Shown piece after piece: positions 18,190 through 27,812 of a stretch of 39,217 nucleotides of DNA. Each line of letters starts with the position of its first letter. Within the stretch, counting starts at the first letter, position 1. The DNA is from a virus (Duplodnaviria > Heunggongvirae > Uroviricota > Caudoviricetes), in IMG/VR virus record IMGVR_UViG_2684623171_000001. The stretch is one strand, 5' to 3'. A program made the translations under genes and the position numbers. The notes under the pieces are model-generated. The model was given only the letters and a program-made list of their open reading frames with translations. It did no database searches and had not been told where the DNA came from.

Positions 18190-19314
18190 ATGAAGACGAA
18201 AAACACGCCCAAACTTGCTTATGCCATTCTGAATGCCATCAGCCTGTCCGCAGACGGGGACGGTGACTGGTGTCAGATCATGCCAGCCGGTCGGGTAAAG
18301 GCCCGTGACGGTCGCCCGGAAAAACCGGCGGAAGGCTGGCTGATCAACCATGCAGCCGTTGAGCGCATGGTCTCCCGTGTTGTGGCGCTCAATCAGCCGG
18401 TGAAAATTGACTACAACCACCAGACCCTGATTGAGGGACATCCGGCACCGGCTGCCGGTTTTGTGATGGCCTCACCGGAGAATTTTCGCTTCAGTGAAGA
18501 GCGAGGTTTCGAGGTGCGCCCGAAGTGGAACCCTCCGGCCCTTGAACATCTGCGTAATAACGAATTCCCCTGGTTTTCACCGGTGATTGGCTATGACGAG
18601 AACACCGGCGAACCTGTCGAACTTCGGATGCTGGCTATTACCGGTGACCCCGGTCTGACCGGCATGAATCCTGTCGCCGCGCTGTCGGCGGATGACCTTT
18701 ATAACGCCTTAAACCCTCCTTTAAAGGATACCTCCATGAATGAGCAATTACGCCAGTTGCTGACGGCGCTCGGTCTGACCGTGGCTGACGGTGACGAATT
18801 TACGCCGGAGCTGGGCACGGCGGCGCTGTCTGCCCTCACCGGGATCAAAACCCGTGCGGATGCACACGACAACCTGAAAACACAGGTCGCCAGTCTGTCG
18901 GCAGAGCTGGAAACCGCAAAAGGCACACCGGCTGGCGGCATTATTGATCTGACGAAATACGTGCCCGTTGAAACGTATAACGCCCTGCGTACCGAATACG
19001 TTGCGCTGTCGGCGCAGCACGGCAGCACCACGCTGGAGCAGGTGCTGGACAAGGCTGAATCCGAAGGGCGCATCTTCAAAAGCGAACGCGGCTATCTGGA
19101 ACAACTGGGCGGGCAGATTGGCGTTGCGGCACTTTCTGCACAGCTTGACGCCCGCCAGCCGGTTGCGGCCCTGACCTCTCTTCAGACCGACACCGTGACC
19201 GTGCCGGATAAAAAGACTGCCACCGCTGCGCTGTCGGCTGAAGATATCGCGGCCGCCAAACTGCTGGGTAAAACCGAAGCCGAGTTCCTGAAAATGAAAG
19301 AGGAAATGCAATAA
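18190..19314 (+). CDS. I: Head protease/scaffold protein (Mu I-like)
   Basis: 374 aa immediately before the major head gene; Ala-rich C-terminal scaffold-like half. Confidence 0.65.
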   Translation: MKTKNTPKLAYAILNAISLSADGDGDWCQIMPAGRVKARDGRPEKPAEGWLINHAAVERMVSRVVALNQPVKIDYNHQTLIEGHPAPAAGFVMASPENFRFSEERGFEVRPKWNPPALEHLRNNEFPWFSPVIGYDENTGEPVELRMLAITGDPGLTGMNPVAALSADDLYNALNPPLKDTSMNEQLRQLLTALGLTVADGDEFTPELGTAALSALTGIKTRADAHDNLKTQVASLSAELETAKGTPAGGIIDLTKYVPVETYNALRTEYVALSAQHGSTTLEQVLDKAESEGRIFKSERGYLEQLGGQIGVAALSAQLDARQPVAALTSLQTDTVTVPDKKTATAALSAEDIAAAKLLGKTEAEFLKMKEEMQ

Positions 19315-20261
19315 TGCCTACCCCGATTACACCGGCGATGATCACAGCCCTGATGACGGGCTACCGTTCTGATTTTCAGGCCGGGATGTCCATGGCCCCG
19401 TCGCAGTATAAAAAAATTGCGATGACCGTGCCCTCCACATCGAAATCCAACACCTACGGCTGGCTGGGGCAGTTCCCGCAGTTCCGTGAGTGGATCGGCT
19501 CCCGCGTCATCGAGAAGATGAAAGCCTATGGCTATGCCATCGTGAACAAAACTTTTGAAGGCACTGTCGCCATTAGCCGCGATGACTTCGAAGACGACAA
19601 CCTCGGTATTTATTCCCCGTTGTTCCAGGAGATGGGGCGCGCTGCGGCGGTACAACCGGATGAGCTGGTCTTTGCTGCCCTGCGTGACGGGATCAGTGCG
19701 GCCTGCTATGACGGTCAGAACTTCTTTGATACCGAACATCCGGTTTACCCCAAAGTGGATGGCTCCGGGGATGCGCAGATGGTCAGCAATATGTTTGTGG
19801 CAAAAACCGGCTCTGTCGGCGCACAGGCTGATTACAGCGGTCCGGCCTGGTATCTGCTTGACTGCTCCCGCGCGGTAAAACCGCTGATTTATCAGGATCG
19901 CCGTAAGGCTGAACTGGTTGCCCAGACCAAAGTCGATGAAGGTCGCGCATTCACCGATAACGAATTTGTGTTTGGTGCATCCGCCCGTCGCAATGTGGGC
20001 TACGGCTTCTGGCAGATGGCCTACATGATGCAGTCACCGCTGACGCTGGATGCACTGTGGCACGGCTGGTCAGCCATGCGCGAATTTACCGCTGACGGTG
20101 GCCGCAAACTCGGCATTAAACCCACCCATATTGTTGTCCCCACCTCGCTGGAAAAACAGGCGGTGCAGCTGCTGGAGCGTGAACTGTTCGCAGACGGAAA
20201 CGCAACCGTCTCTAACGAGATGAAGGGTAAGCTGGAGCTGGTTGTCGCGGATTATCTGTAA
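19314..20261 (+). CDS. T: Major head subunit (Mu T-like)
   Basis: 315 aa, start overlaps the I stop; size and position match Mu T. Confidence 0.7.
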   Translation: MPTPITPAMITALMTGYRSDFQAGMSMAPSQYKKIAMTVPSTSKSNTYGWLGQFPQFREWIGSRVIEKMKAYGYAIVNKTFEGTVAISRDDFEDDNLGIYSPLFQEMGRAAAVQPDELVFAALRDGISAACYDGQNFFDTEHPVYPKVDGSGDAQMVSNMFVAKTGSVGAQADYSGPAWYLLDCSRAVKPLIYQDRRKAELVAQTKVDEGRAFTDNEFVFGASARRNVGYGFWQMAYMMQSPLTLDALWHGWSAMREFTADGGRKLGIKPTHIVVPTSLEKQAVQLLERELFADGNATVSNEMKGKLELVVADYL

Positions 20262-20304
20262 ACGGTGAGCCGGGCTTACGGCCCGGCCCCTGCGGAGGGC
20301 AAAT

Positions 20305-20691
20305 ATGAATGAACATCACACTGTGGCAGCAACAGATGATTCAGGTCTTCAGGTCAGTGGTGACAATTCTGTCACGGTGCTGGCAGAAGTGCGTTGCAGT
20401 CGTTCGGCGTTTCGTCGTGCGGGGTTCCTGTTCACGCGTGGACGTCAGCAGGTTGAGGTCACCCCGGAGCAGCTTGCCCGACTGGAGGAGGAGCCATGCC
20501 TCACTGTGCGAATACTACAGACGTCTGCTGATGATGCGGGGAGCGTGGCGGGTGTGGTTCATGCAGTGGCCGGTACAGATTTAGCCGAAGCCGAAGCCGA
20601 AGCCGAAGCCGAAGCCGAAGCCGAAGCCGAAGCCGGACAGGATGCTCCCCGGAAAAAGACCGGTAACAAAGCGGAACAGGCCCGTGCATGA
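20305..20691 (+). CDS. Small head-region protein with an internal (Ala-Glu)8 repeat
   Basis: 128 aa; GGAGGG RBS; contains LAEAEAEAEAEAEAEAEAG encoded by a tandem hexanucleotide repeat. Confidence 0.5.
   Translation: MNEHHTVAATDDSGLQVSGDNSVTVLAEVRCSRSAFRRAGFLFTRGRQQVEVTPEQLARLEEEPCLTVRILQTSADDAGSVAGVVHAVAGTDLAEAEAEAEAEAEAEAEAGQDAPRKKTGNKAEQARA
20584..20637 (+). repeat. Tandem hexanucleotide repeat (GCCGAA)x8 plus one GCCGGA unit, in-frame in a coding region
   Basis: Directly visible: eight perfect GCCGAA units at 20584-20631, then GCCGGA. Confidence 0.95.
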
Positions 20692-21107
20692 ATTACGCCA
20701 CTGAAACCGATATGCGGGCGCGTTACCGCGAGGATTTGCTCAGGCCGTTACTGGCTGTGCCCCGTTCGGATGAGCCGGACACGCGCAAGCTGAACCGGGC
20801 GCTGACAGATGCGTCAGCCCTTATCGACAGCTATCTGTCCGCCCGTTACACGTTGCCGCTGGAGGTTATTCCGGCCGTTCTTGTTCAGCACTGTTGCGCG
20901 ATTGCCTTTTATTACCTGTGCGATCAGCGAGCCTCCGATCAGGCGCGTGACCGTTACCGTGAAGCGCTGGCCTGGCTGAAAGATGTCATGAACGGCAATG
21001 TGCCGGTCGGTGTGGATACGAACGGTGCGGCCCCTGAATCCGGGGATTTACCACAGGTTCAGTCTGATGCAGCGGTATTCGGGCGCAACCAGAAGGGCTT
21101 CATATGA
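20688..21107 (+). CDS. Mu gp36-like head completion/connector protein
   Basis: 139 aa; synteny between the head and tail genes. Confidence 0.55.
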   Translation: MNYATETDMRARYREDLLRPLLAVPRSDEPDTRKLNRALTDASALIDSYLSARYTLPLEVIPAVLVQHCCAIAFYYLCDQRASDQARDRYREALAWLKDVMNGNVPVGVDTNGAAPESGDLPQVQSDAAVFGRNQKGFI

Positions 21108-21664
21108 TTACGGAAACCGAACAGGCATACATCGCCCGTATCCGTGAGTATTTCGGGAATGAACTGGTGTCTGTTGACACGCATCCCGGCGACTGGAGCG
21201 ACAGCGTACTGCGCACCATGCTGATTAACGCCCCGGCGATCTACGTTGCCTGGCTGGGTGCCGGTGAAGGCCGTACCCGTGGTCGCCTGGTCAGTCACTG
21301 GGTGTTCTACGTCATCGGCGACATGCTCAACGGGCGTGAGGCCAGCCGTCCCGGACTGTATCAGATTGTGGCCCGGCTGATTGCCGTGCTTAACGGCTTC
21401 AGAACAGAAAAAACCTCACCGCTTTACTTTGAAAAGGCGGTCAACGGTTACACCGAAACCCAGGCGGACAGTGGTGCGGTGATGTATGCGCTTTATTTCT
21501 CCTGCGAGGAAATGATCGCACCGCTGACCGATACCAGCTCGCTGGACGACTTCCTGCGTCATTACGAAACCTTTGTGGAGCCGCCCGGTACGCCGCCGTT
21601 TGAGGCACATATTGATTTGCCGGGGAACACGACAACGGCGGTCGAACCGCCGGAGGAACTGTAA
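21104..21664 (+). CDS. Mu gp37-like protein
   Basis: 186 aa; synteny. Confidence 0.55.
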   Translation: MITETEQAYIARIREYFGNELVSVDTHPGDWSDSVLRTMLINAPAIYVAWLGAGEGRTRGRLVSHWVFYVIGDMLNGREASRPGLYQIVARLIAVLNGFRTEKTSPLYFEKAVNGYTETQADSGAVMYALYFSCEEMIAPLTDTSSLDDFLRHYETFVEPPGTPPFEAHIDLPGNTTTAVEPPEEL

Positions 21665-21910
21665 ATGAAAACCATCTTTATCAAACCCGCGCCGGGACGC
21701 CTGATTCGTGATCCCGACACAATGCGCCCGCTGGCACAGGAGGGGGAGGAAAAGCCCTTTACGCCGTTCTGGTGTCGGCGTCTTGATGACGGCGATGTCA
21801 TTCAGGCTGAAAAAGCCGCTGAAGAGGCTCCGGCTGTATCTGCGGATGCAACGACTGCGACAGAAAAACCGGTCGCCCAACCGGCATCCGATAAGGAGAA
21901 ACCGCAATGA
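21665..21910 (+). CDS. Mu gp38-like small protein
   Basis: 81 aa directly upstream of the sheath gene; acidic, Ala-rich C-terminus. Confidence 0.45.
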   Translation: MKTIFIKPAPGRLIRDPDTMRPLAQEGEEKPFTPFWCRRLDDGDVIQAEKAAEEAPAVSADATTATEKPVAQPASDKEKPQ

Positions 21911-23409
21911 TTAATTTTGACGGGATCGGTAATGACCGCCGTATACCGCTGATTGAGGTTGAGTTTAATAACTCCATGGCTGTCACCGGCACTCCGGCAC
22001 AGCGTCAGTGTGTGCTGCTGTTTGGTCAGGCGAGAATGAAAGAGAATGCCGTGGACGGTGCCGGTGTTCTGGATGTTCCGGTCAGGATCACCCGTGCGTC
22101 TCAGGCAACAGAACTCTGGGGGCGCGGCTCCATGATTGCCCTGATGGTGGCGGAATTTATCGCCATCAATCCTGATGCTGAACTGTATGCCATTGCTCAG
22201 GGGAACGGCACCGGACAGGCAACGGCTGCGGCCATGAATCTGACCGGAACGGTCACCCGTGACGGGATTGTTTATGCCTGCGTGGGGGGGCGGCGTTATA
22301 CACTCCCGGCACCAAAAGGTAAGAAAGGCAAAGAACTGACCGACGAGCTGGCCGCGCTGATCAATGCCGATCCTGACGCGCCCTTCACGGCCTCCTCTGG
22401 TGCAGGAAGTGGTGATAATGGCGCAGGTCTGAAAGGGTCTCTGGGGATCACCGCCCGCTTTACCGGTGAATGCTCCGTTCATGATGTGCGCCTGAACTAT
22501 CACGACGGGGAAGCAACCCCGGAAGGAATACAGGTCGCTATAGCCTATCCGAAACAAAAAGCGGCTAACCCGGATATCACCCGAAGCGTGGCGGGTATGG
22601 GCGATCGCCAGTACAACTATGTCGTCATGCCCTATAAGGATGATGCAAACCTGAAAATCATCAGTGATGAGCTTCTGAAACGCTGGGGACCGGCCAAAAT
22701 GTCTGACGGCGTGCTGTGGCTGGCACATACCGGCACGTTTGGTGAGGTGCAGGCATTCGGGGCAAAACGCAATGATTTTCTGGCGACCTGCACATCCATT
22801 CCCAAAGCCCCTGAACCGGATTACCTCTGGGCAGCGGCGGTCTGTGCCACCTGTGCACCCTCTCTGGGAGCAGATCCTGCGCGTCCGCTTCAGACGCTGG
22901 CGCTTCCGTCACGCATGGCCCCGGCTCCGGCCGATCGTCTGACGCGTGAAGAGCGTAACAGTCTGCTGTGGGGAGGGATTGCCACGGTCAGTGTGGCTGC
23001 CGGTGATGTGGTTCAGATCGAACGTCAGGTGACCATGTATCGCCAGAACGTGTACGGCGAAAGTGATCCCAGCTATCTGGATGTGGAAACCATCTACACC
23101 CTCTCCTGGCTGCGTTATTCCCTGCGTACTTTTATCACACAACGTTTTCCGCGCCATAAACTGGCTGATGACGGGACGCCCGTTCGTGCCGGTCAGAATA
23201 TCGTGACGCCGGAGATCATGAAGCTTCAGTTAATTTCGCTGGGTGAAGAGTGGGTGGAACTCGGGCTGGTCGAAAATCTGGACACCTTTAAAAAGAATCT
23301 GCTTGTGGAGCGTAATGCGTCAGATCGAAACCGTCTTGACGTGTTATGCACGCCGGATCTGGTTAACCAGTTCCGCTTCCTGGCAGCACAGATCCGTTTC
23401 ATTTTGTGA
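21907..23409 (+). CDS. L: Tail sheath protein (Mu L-like)
   Basis: 500 aa followed by a ~120-aa tube gene; contractile-tail arrangement. Confidence 0.7.
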   Translation: MINFDGIGNDRRIPLIEVEFNNSMAVTGTPAQRQCVLLFGQARMKENAVDGAGVLDVPVRITRASQATELWGRGSMIALMVAEFIAINPDAELYAIAQGNGTGQATAAAMNLTGTVTRDGIVYACVGGRRYTLPAPKGKKGKELTDELAALINADPDAPFTASSGAGSGDNGAGLKGSLGITARFTGECSVHDVRLNYHDGEATPEGIQVAIAYPKQKAANPDITRSVAGMGDRQYNYVVMPYKDDANLKIISDELLKRWGPAKMSDGVLWLAHTGTFGEVQAFGAKRNDFLATCTSIPKAPEPDYLWAAAVCATCAPSLGADPARPLQTLALPSRMAPAPADRLTREERNSLLWGGIATVSVAAGDVVQIERQVTMYRQNVYGESDPSYLDVETIYTLSWLRYSLRTFITQRFPRHKLADDGTPVRAGQNIVTPEIMKLQLISLGEEWVELGLVENLDTFKKNLLVERNASDRNRLDVLCTPDLVNQFRFLAAQIRFIL

Positions 23410-23417
23410 GGTAAGGC

Positions 23418-23783
23418 ATGAGCGGAAAACAGTATCAGGGTACGGCCACTATCCGTGTGAACGGTCAGGAATACGAGACGCTTGAGGGGGCTACATTTTC
23501 TCCGTCTGGTTTTGAACGTGAAGTGGTGAAAGGCGCGAAAGTCTATGGTTACCGCCAGAAACCACGTGAAGCGACGCTGGACTGCAAATTTCCGGCAGGC
23601 GGAGAAGGTTCACCAGCCGCCGATGAAATCAACAACTGGACTGCGGTCACTATCGAGTTTGTGGCGGATACCGGCGAAGTCCACATGATGACGAAGGCCT
23701 GGAGCAGTGAACCGGCCTCGCTTGACGGTGGCGGGGAGATCTCCGTGAAGTTCGCCAGCGCCTCCAGTACCCGTGTTCAGTGA
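23418..23783 (+). CDS. M: Tail tube protein (Mu M-like)
   Basis: 121 aa directly after the sheath. Confidence 0.65.
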   Translation: MSGKQYQGTATIRVNGQEYETLEGATFSPSGFEREVVKGAKVYGYRQKPREATLDCKFPAGGEGSPAADEINNWTAVTIEFVADTGEVHMMTKAWSSEPASLDGGGEISVKFASASSTRVQ

Positions 23784-24274
23784 TCAGGAAAAATAAAATG
23801 ACCACACGTAAGAAAAAAACGGCAGTTTCCGAGGCAGCCGTGATGGAGGCAATCCGGGAAGCACTTGAGGGGGCTGATCCACGCACTGCCGGGCTGACAG
23901 AGCAACTGGCAAAGGGATATGTGGATCTGCTTGATGGTCTGCCGTTTGGTGAGACCCGTGAATATCGTGTCACGTTCCGGGAACTGACAGCGAAAGACAG
24001 TATTGACGCAGAAGCAGAAGCCGAGCGCGTGGTGGAGACAAACAATGGCCCGATGCTGATAGCGTCTCCGTCGTTACGCGGTGTTGCACTGCTGCGCCGT
24101 CAGATTGCCGCAGTGGGAGACATTGAAGGTCCGTTGTCACCCCGTCAGATTGGACAGTTAAGCGAGCGCGATCTCTCCCGCCTGATGGCAGCGGTCAGCC
24201 TGCTGGATACCGCGCTTGCCGGAAAGCTGGCAGCTGACCGGGGGCGATCAGGCGCAGTGTCGGGATCAGATTGA
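23780..24274 (+). CDS. Tail assembly chaperone; a frameshifted extension to 24398 is likely
   Basis: 164-aa ORF immediately upstream of the tape measure; an overlapping ORF (24216-24398) in a different frame starts at a G5 run. Confidence 0.5.
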   Translation: MIRKNKMTTRKKKTAVSEAAVMEAIREALEGADPRTAGLTEQLAKGYVDLLDGLPFGETREYRVTFRELTAKDSIDAEAEAERVVETNNGPMLIASPSLRGVALLRRQIAAVGDIEGPLSPRQIGQLSERDLSRLMAAVSLLDTALAGKLAADRGRSGAVSGSD

Positions 24275-24400
24275 AGAAGCGGCAATTATCCTGGGGATGG
24301 TGACAAAAAGCGGTCCGGAATGGGCGCTTAACCTCCCCCTGTCGCAACTTTACCGGCACTGCCGACAGACAGAAAAAATCATCAGAACGAAGCAGTAAGT

Positions 24401-26476
24401 ATGGCCCGAAATCTCAGAGCATCTCTGATAGTTGATTTGCTCGGCAATATCTCAGCCAAATCCCGCCAGTGGTCACAGGAGCTGGGGGCATTCTCACGCT
24501 CCGGCCAGGCGGGGCTGGGTGGCCTGGGAAATGCTGCCCGCCGTGCCGGGCAGGAAACAGATGTACTCGGAAGCAGGATGCAGCGCACGCTGGCCGGGGT
24601 GCGGGGCAGTATCCGCCATGTCACTTCTGATTTTGACCGTCTTCAGGGCAGTATTACCGGCACCATCGGGCGGATCAGCAATCTTTACGGAATGCTGGCC
24701 GGTGGTGCTGCTGTATATGGCTTTAACCGGGGATTTATTCGCCCGGCAGCGGAGATGGAAACCTATATGATTCGCCTGAACTCCCTTTACAAAGGGGATC
24801 GGGCGAAAACTGATGATGTCCGCAGGTGGGCAATACAGAATGCGAAGGAAACCACCTGGGGGCTGGCTGGCGTCATGCAGGAATATACGTCCAGTCTGGG
24901 CTTTGGTATGAGTGACAGGGAGGCCCGAAATTTTGTCACCATGCTTCAGGATCAGGGTGCCGTGGGCGGCTGGTCACTGTCCGATGCACAGGGGGCATCC
25001 CTGCAACTGAAACAGATGTATGCAAGAGGCAGTATTCAGGCGGCGGATGCAAATATTCTTGCCACCTACGGCATTAATGCCTACCGCGTGCTGGCTGATC
25101 GTCTGGGTGTGGACCAGAAAGTGGTCAGAAAACTTGGTGAAAAAGGGCTGCTTGGGCCGGACAGTATTCGCCTGTTATTTCAGACGCTGGCGGAACAGGC
25201 CAGGGGAGCACAAAAGGACGCAATGAATTCCTGGAGTGGCCTGACGGCCATGATGGGTGACGTCTGGGACCAGTTTGCCCGGGATGTGATGGACAGTGGG
25301 CCATTTGAAAAACTGAAGGGTAATCTCAGGGGATTTCTTTCATGGGTTGACAGTGCCAAATCTGATGGCAGTTACCATTCCCTGGCGGAAAGCACGGCAT
25401 CAGCCATGAACCAGGGCTTTGAGTATGCCCGTGATGCAGTGACTGGGTTTTATCAGGCGATCAGAAAGGTACGCGACACGCTTCAGGCTCTGCGGGATGC
25501 GGGCTATGGTGATGCGCTGGATCGCATTGGTCAGGGGGCACAGACCGCCGCGAAATACCTGCTGTACATGTATCTCGCCACCCGTGCCCTGAAAATGGCG
25601 CGGGCTGTCGGAACGGGGATTATACGTCCGGGTGCTGCATTGCTGGGATACGGATTATCAGCGGCGGCCTTCCTGACCTCACCTTTCCGGCGCTCTCCTC
25701 CGGCCGGAACACCACCAGGCACATATCAGGGACGAGGGCAACGTTTTATAAACTTTCTTACCGGGGTAAATCCGGCAGCCGTTCAGCCAGTACTTGTAAC
25801 AAACTGGCCCACAGGAGGACTGTCCGGCACCGGCGCGACCGATACATCCTCAGGCGGACGTCAGGGGCGGGGCCGCAGGAAACGCGGACCGGGGCGCGGA
25901 AGACCGGTCACGCCTCCCCTGCCACCGTCCCCAGTGCCACCGTCTCCCTCTTCTGGTGGGGCAGGGTTCTGGGGGCGCATGATGGGGCGCGCCGGTGGGT
26001 TACTTTCGTCTGTCGGTAGCCGCATGGGGCTGGGGCGTTTCTCCGGCTTTTTCCGCAGTGCCGGTGGACTGGCCGGCCGGCTGGGTGGAGGTGCCCTGTG
26101 GGCTGGCGCGATGGCAGCCCCGGTTCTGCTGGATGGCAGCGCCAGTGCCACAGACAAGGGAGAAGCGGTCGGCTCTCTTGCAGGCAGTATTGCCGGTGGT
26201 GCGCTGGGGGCGGCAGCCGGACCTGTGGGGATTGCCATTGGTTCTACGGTGGGCAGCTATCTCGGTAACTATCTGGGGGGATGGCTGACTGAAGCCTGGC
26301 AGAAATTACGGGGCAGTGATGATGAAAGCAGTGGACAGGCGGTACAAAAAGCCTCTGCCCGTGTGGAGCTGGTTGCCCCGGAAGGGTGGCAGGCTCGCAG
26401 TATTGATATTGATGACACGTCCGGTCACGGACTGGATGTGAATGTCTGGAACGGAGGGAATTATGGCCTCTGGTGA
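24401..26476 (+). CDS. Tail tape measure protein
   Basis: 691 aa, Gly/Ala-rich repetitive C-terminal half; located between the chaperone and baseplate genes. Confidence 0.75.
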   Translation: MARNLRASLIVDLLGNISAKSRQWSQELGAFSRSGQAGLGGLGNAARRAGQETDVLGSRMQRTLAGVRGSIRHVTSDFDRLQGSITGTIGRISNLYGMLAGGAAVYGFNRGFIRPAAEMETYMIRLNSLYKGDRAKTDDVRRWAIQNAKETTWGLAGVMQEYTSSLGFGMSDREARNFVTMLQDQGAVGGWSLSDAQGASLQLKQMYARGSIQAADANILATYGINAYRVLADRLGVDQKVVRKLGEKGLLGPDSIRLLFQTLAEQARGAQKDAMNSWSGLTAMMGDVWDQFARDVMDSGPFEKLKGNLRGFLSWVDSAKSDGSYHSLAESTASAMNQGFEYARDAVTGFYQAIRKVRDTLQALRDAGYGDALDRIGQGAQTAAKYLLYMYLATRALKMARAVGTGIIRPGAALLGYGLSAAAFLTSPFRRSPPAGTPPGTYQGRGQRFINFLTGVNPAAVQPVLVTNWPTGGLSGTGATDTSSGGRQGRGRRKRGPGRGRPVTPPLPPSPVPPSPSSGGAGFWGRMMGRAGGLLSSVGSRMGLGRFSGFFRSAGGLAGRLGGGALWAGAMAAPVLLDGSASATDKGEAVGSLAGSIAGGALGAAAGPVGIAIGSTVGSYLGNYLGGWLTEAWQKLRGSDDESSGQAVQKASARVELVAPEGWQARSIDIDDTSGHGLDVNVWNGGNYGLW

Positions 26477-27812
26477 CGGTCGTGGTGCGTTCCGTGGTGT
26501 GCCGTTCCTCGTCTGGCGTGAGCAGCGCGAACGTGGCGGGCGAAACATTGTCCGTCGGGAATATCCGTTACGGGAAACCGGTGGTGCAGACGATCTGGGA
26601 CCTAAACTGGCTGAATTTACGTTCAGTGTACTTGTGATGGGGGATGATGTTCAGACACAGCGAAATCGTCTGCGTGATGCCCTTCGTGCTCCCGGTGCCG
26701 GGGAGCTGCTTCACCCGGATTACGGCACGTTAAATGTGCTGATAAACAGCTTTGAAAGTCGTTATAACGCTGCTGAACAGGGCGTGGTTGAGTTCACCAT
26801 TAATGTCACGCCGGTAAGTGATGATACCGCACCTGCTGTCACACAGGACACGGCCGCCATTCTGGAGCAGAAGAGTACCACCGCGCTCGGGAAGGTTTTT
26901 GAAACCCTGGAAGCGGGCTGGACGGTGATTTCTGACGGAATGCACGATGTCCAGGCAATGACCGAAACCATCAGCGATAAGGTGTCCGCCCTGGAAAATG
27001 CCGTTTCCGGCATGGGGATTGTACAGGATATCAGTGCCTTTACTGCCACGTTCACGGCGCTGAAAGGGAATGCCACGGCATTACTGACAGCACCTTCCCG
27101 CATGGCCTCATCTTTTGCGGGGCTTTTCAGTGCCCTGATCACCCTGCCATCGCTGCCGTCACTGTCTTCAGGAGGCCTGAATACCCGGCCCGGTGGCAGT
27201 ATCGGCCGGACGACATCCGCCTTCTCTCAGGGAATGCCGCAACTGTACAGGACATTATCTTCCCTGCGTTACGTGCTGGATGAGCAGGATAATCCGCAGA
27301 CTCTCATCGGTCTGACACCGGCAGCACAAAAGAATATTCGTCTGATACGGGCGGTAATGCAGAGTGCTGCCGTGGTGGCCCAGGCACAGACCGTGGGAAA
27401 ACTGCTGGATCAGGTTCTCAGTCAGGAAACCCTGCCGGACAGTGACGCAGCCCACCGTACCTGGCCTGTCTGGCTGGAAAGTTCAGTTGATCTTCAGCGC
27501 ATTAACCGTGACTTAAGCGAAGCGCTCGAACGGCAGGTGATGACACTGTCCGGGCAGGGGTATACCGCCACGGCGCTGACGCTTCGTGATGCCAGACTGG
27601 CACTGACAGAGGATCTGAATACACGGGGAGTTCAGCTACCCGGTGCAACAGTAGTGACTGTACGTACCACCGAGCCTGCACTGGTGACCCTGTACCGTGC
27701 CACCGGGAACAGTACCGGCTGGCAACGTTTTGTGCGCCGTAACGGTATTGTTGATCCGCTGTTCATTCCCGGAGGCCATTCAGTGGAGGTGATTAGTGAG
27801 CAGCAGGGTTGA
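26442..27812 (+). CDS. N: DNA circulation protein (Mu N-like); start may be the Met at 26463
   Basis: 456 aa after the tape measure; GGAGGG precedes the in-frame ATG at 26463. Confidence 0.6.
   Translation: MSGTEGIMASGDGRGAFRGVPFLVWREQRERGGRNIVRREYPLRETGGADDLGPKLAEFTFSVLVMGDDVQTQRNRLRDALRAPGAGELLHPDYGTLNVLINSFESRYNAAEQGVVEFTINVTPVSDDTAPAVTQDTAAILEQKSTTALGKVFETLEAGWTVISDGMHDVQAMTETISDKVSALENAVSGMGIVQDISAFTATFTALKGNATALLTAPSRMASSFAGLFSALITLPSLPSLSSGGLNTRPGGSIGRTTSAFSQGMPQLYRTLSSLRYVLDEQDNPQTLIGLTPAAQKNIRLIRAVMQSAAVVAQAQTVGKLLDQVLSQETLPDSDAAHRTWPVWLESSVDLQRINRDLSEALERQVMTLSGQGYTATALTLRDARLALTEDLNTRGVQLPGATVVTVRTTEPALVTLYRATGNSTGWQRFVRRNGIVDPLFIPGGHSVEVISEQQG

Noticed and set aside
20584-20637. 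Possible CRISPR array suggested by perfect tandem repeats
   Set aside because: Units are 6 bp with no spacers and lie in-frame inside a coding sequence; this is a simple sequence repeat.
21802-22728. 308-aa minus-strand ORF; similar long antisense ORFs at 28231-29034, 12187-12780, 14496-15095, 1653-2171 and 19182-19739
   Set aside because: Each lies entirely inside a longer, syntenic, well-supported phage gene on the plus strand; high GC content produces long spurious antisense ORFs, and none has an RBS or a sensible neighbourhood.
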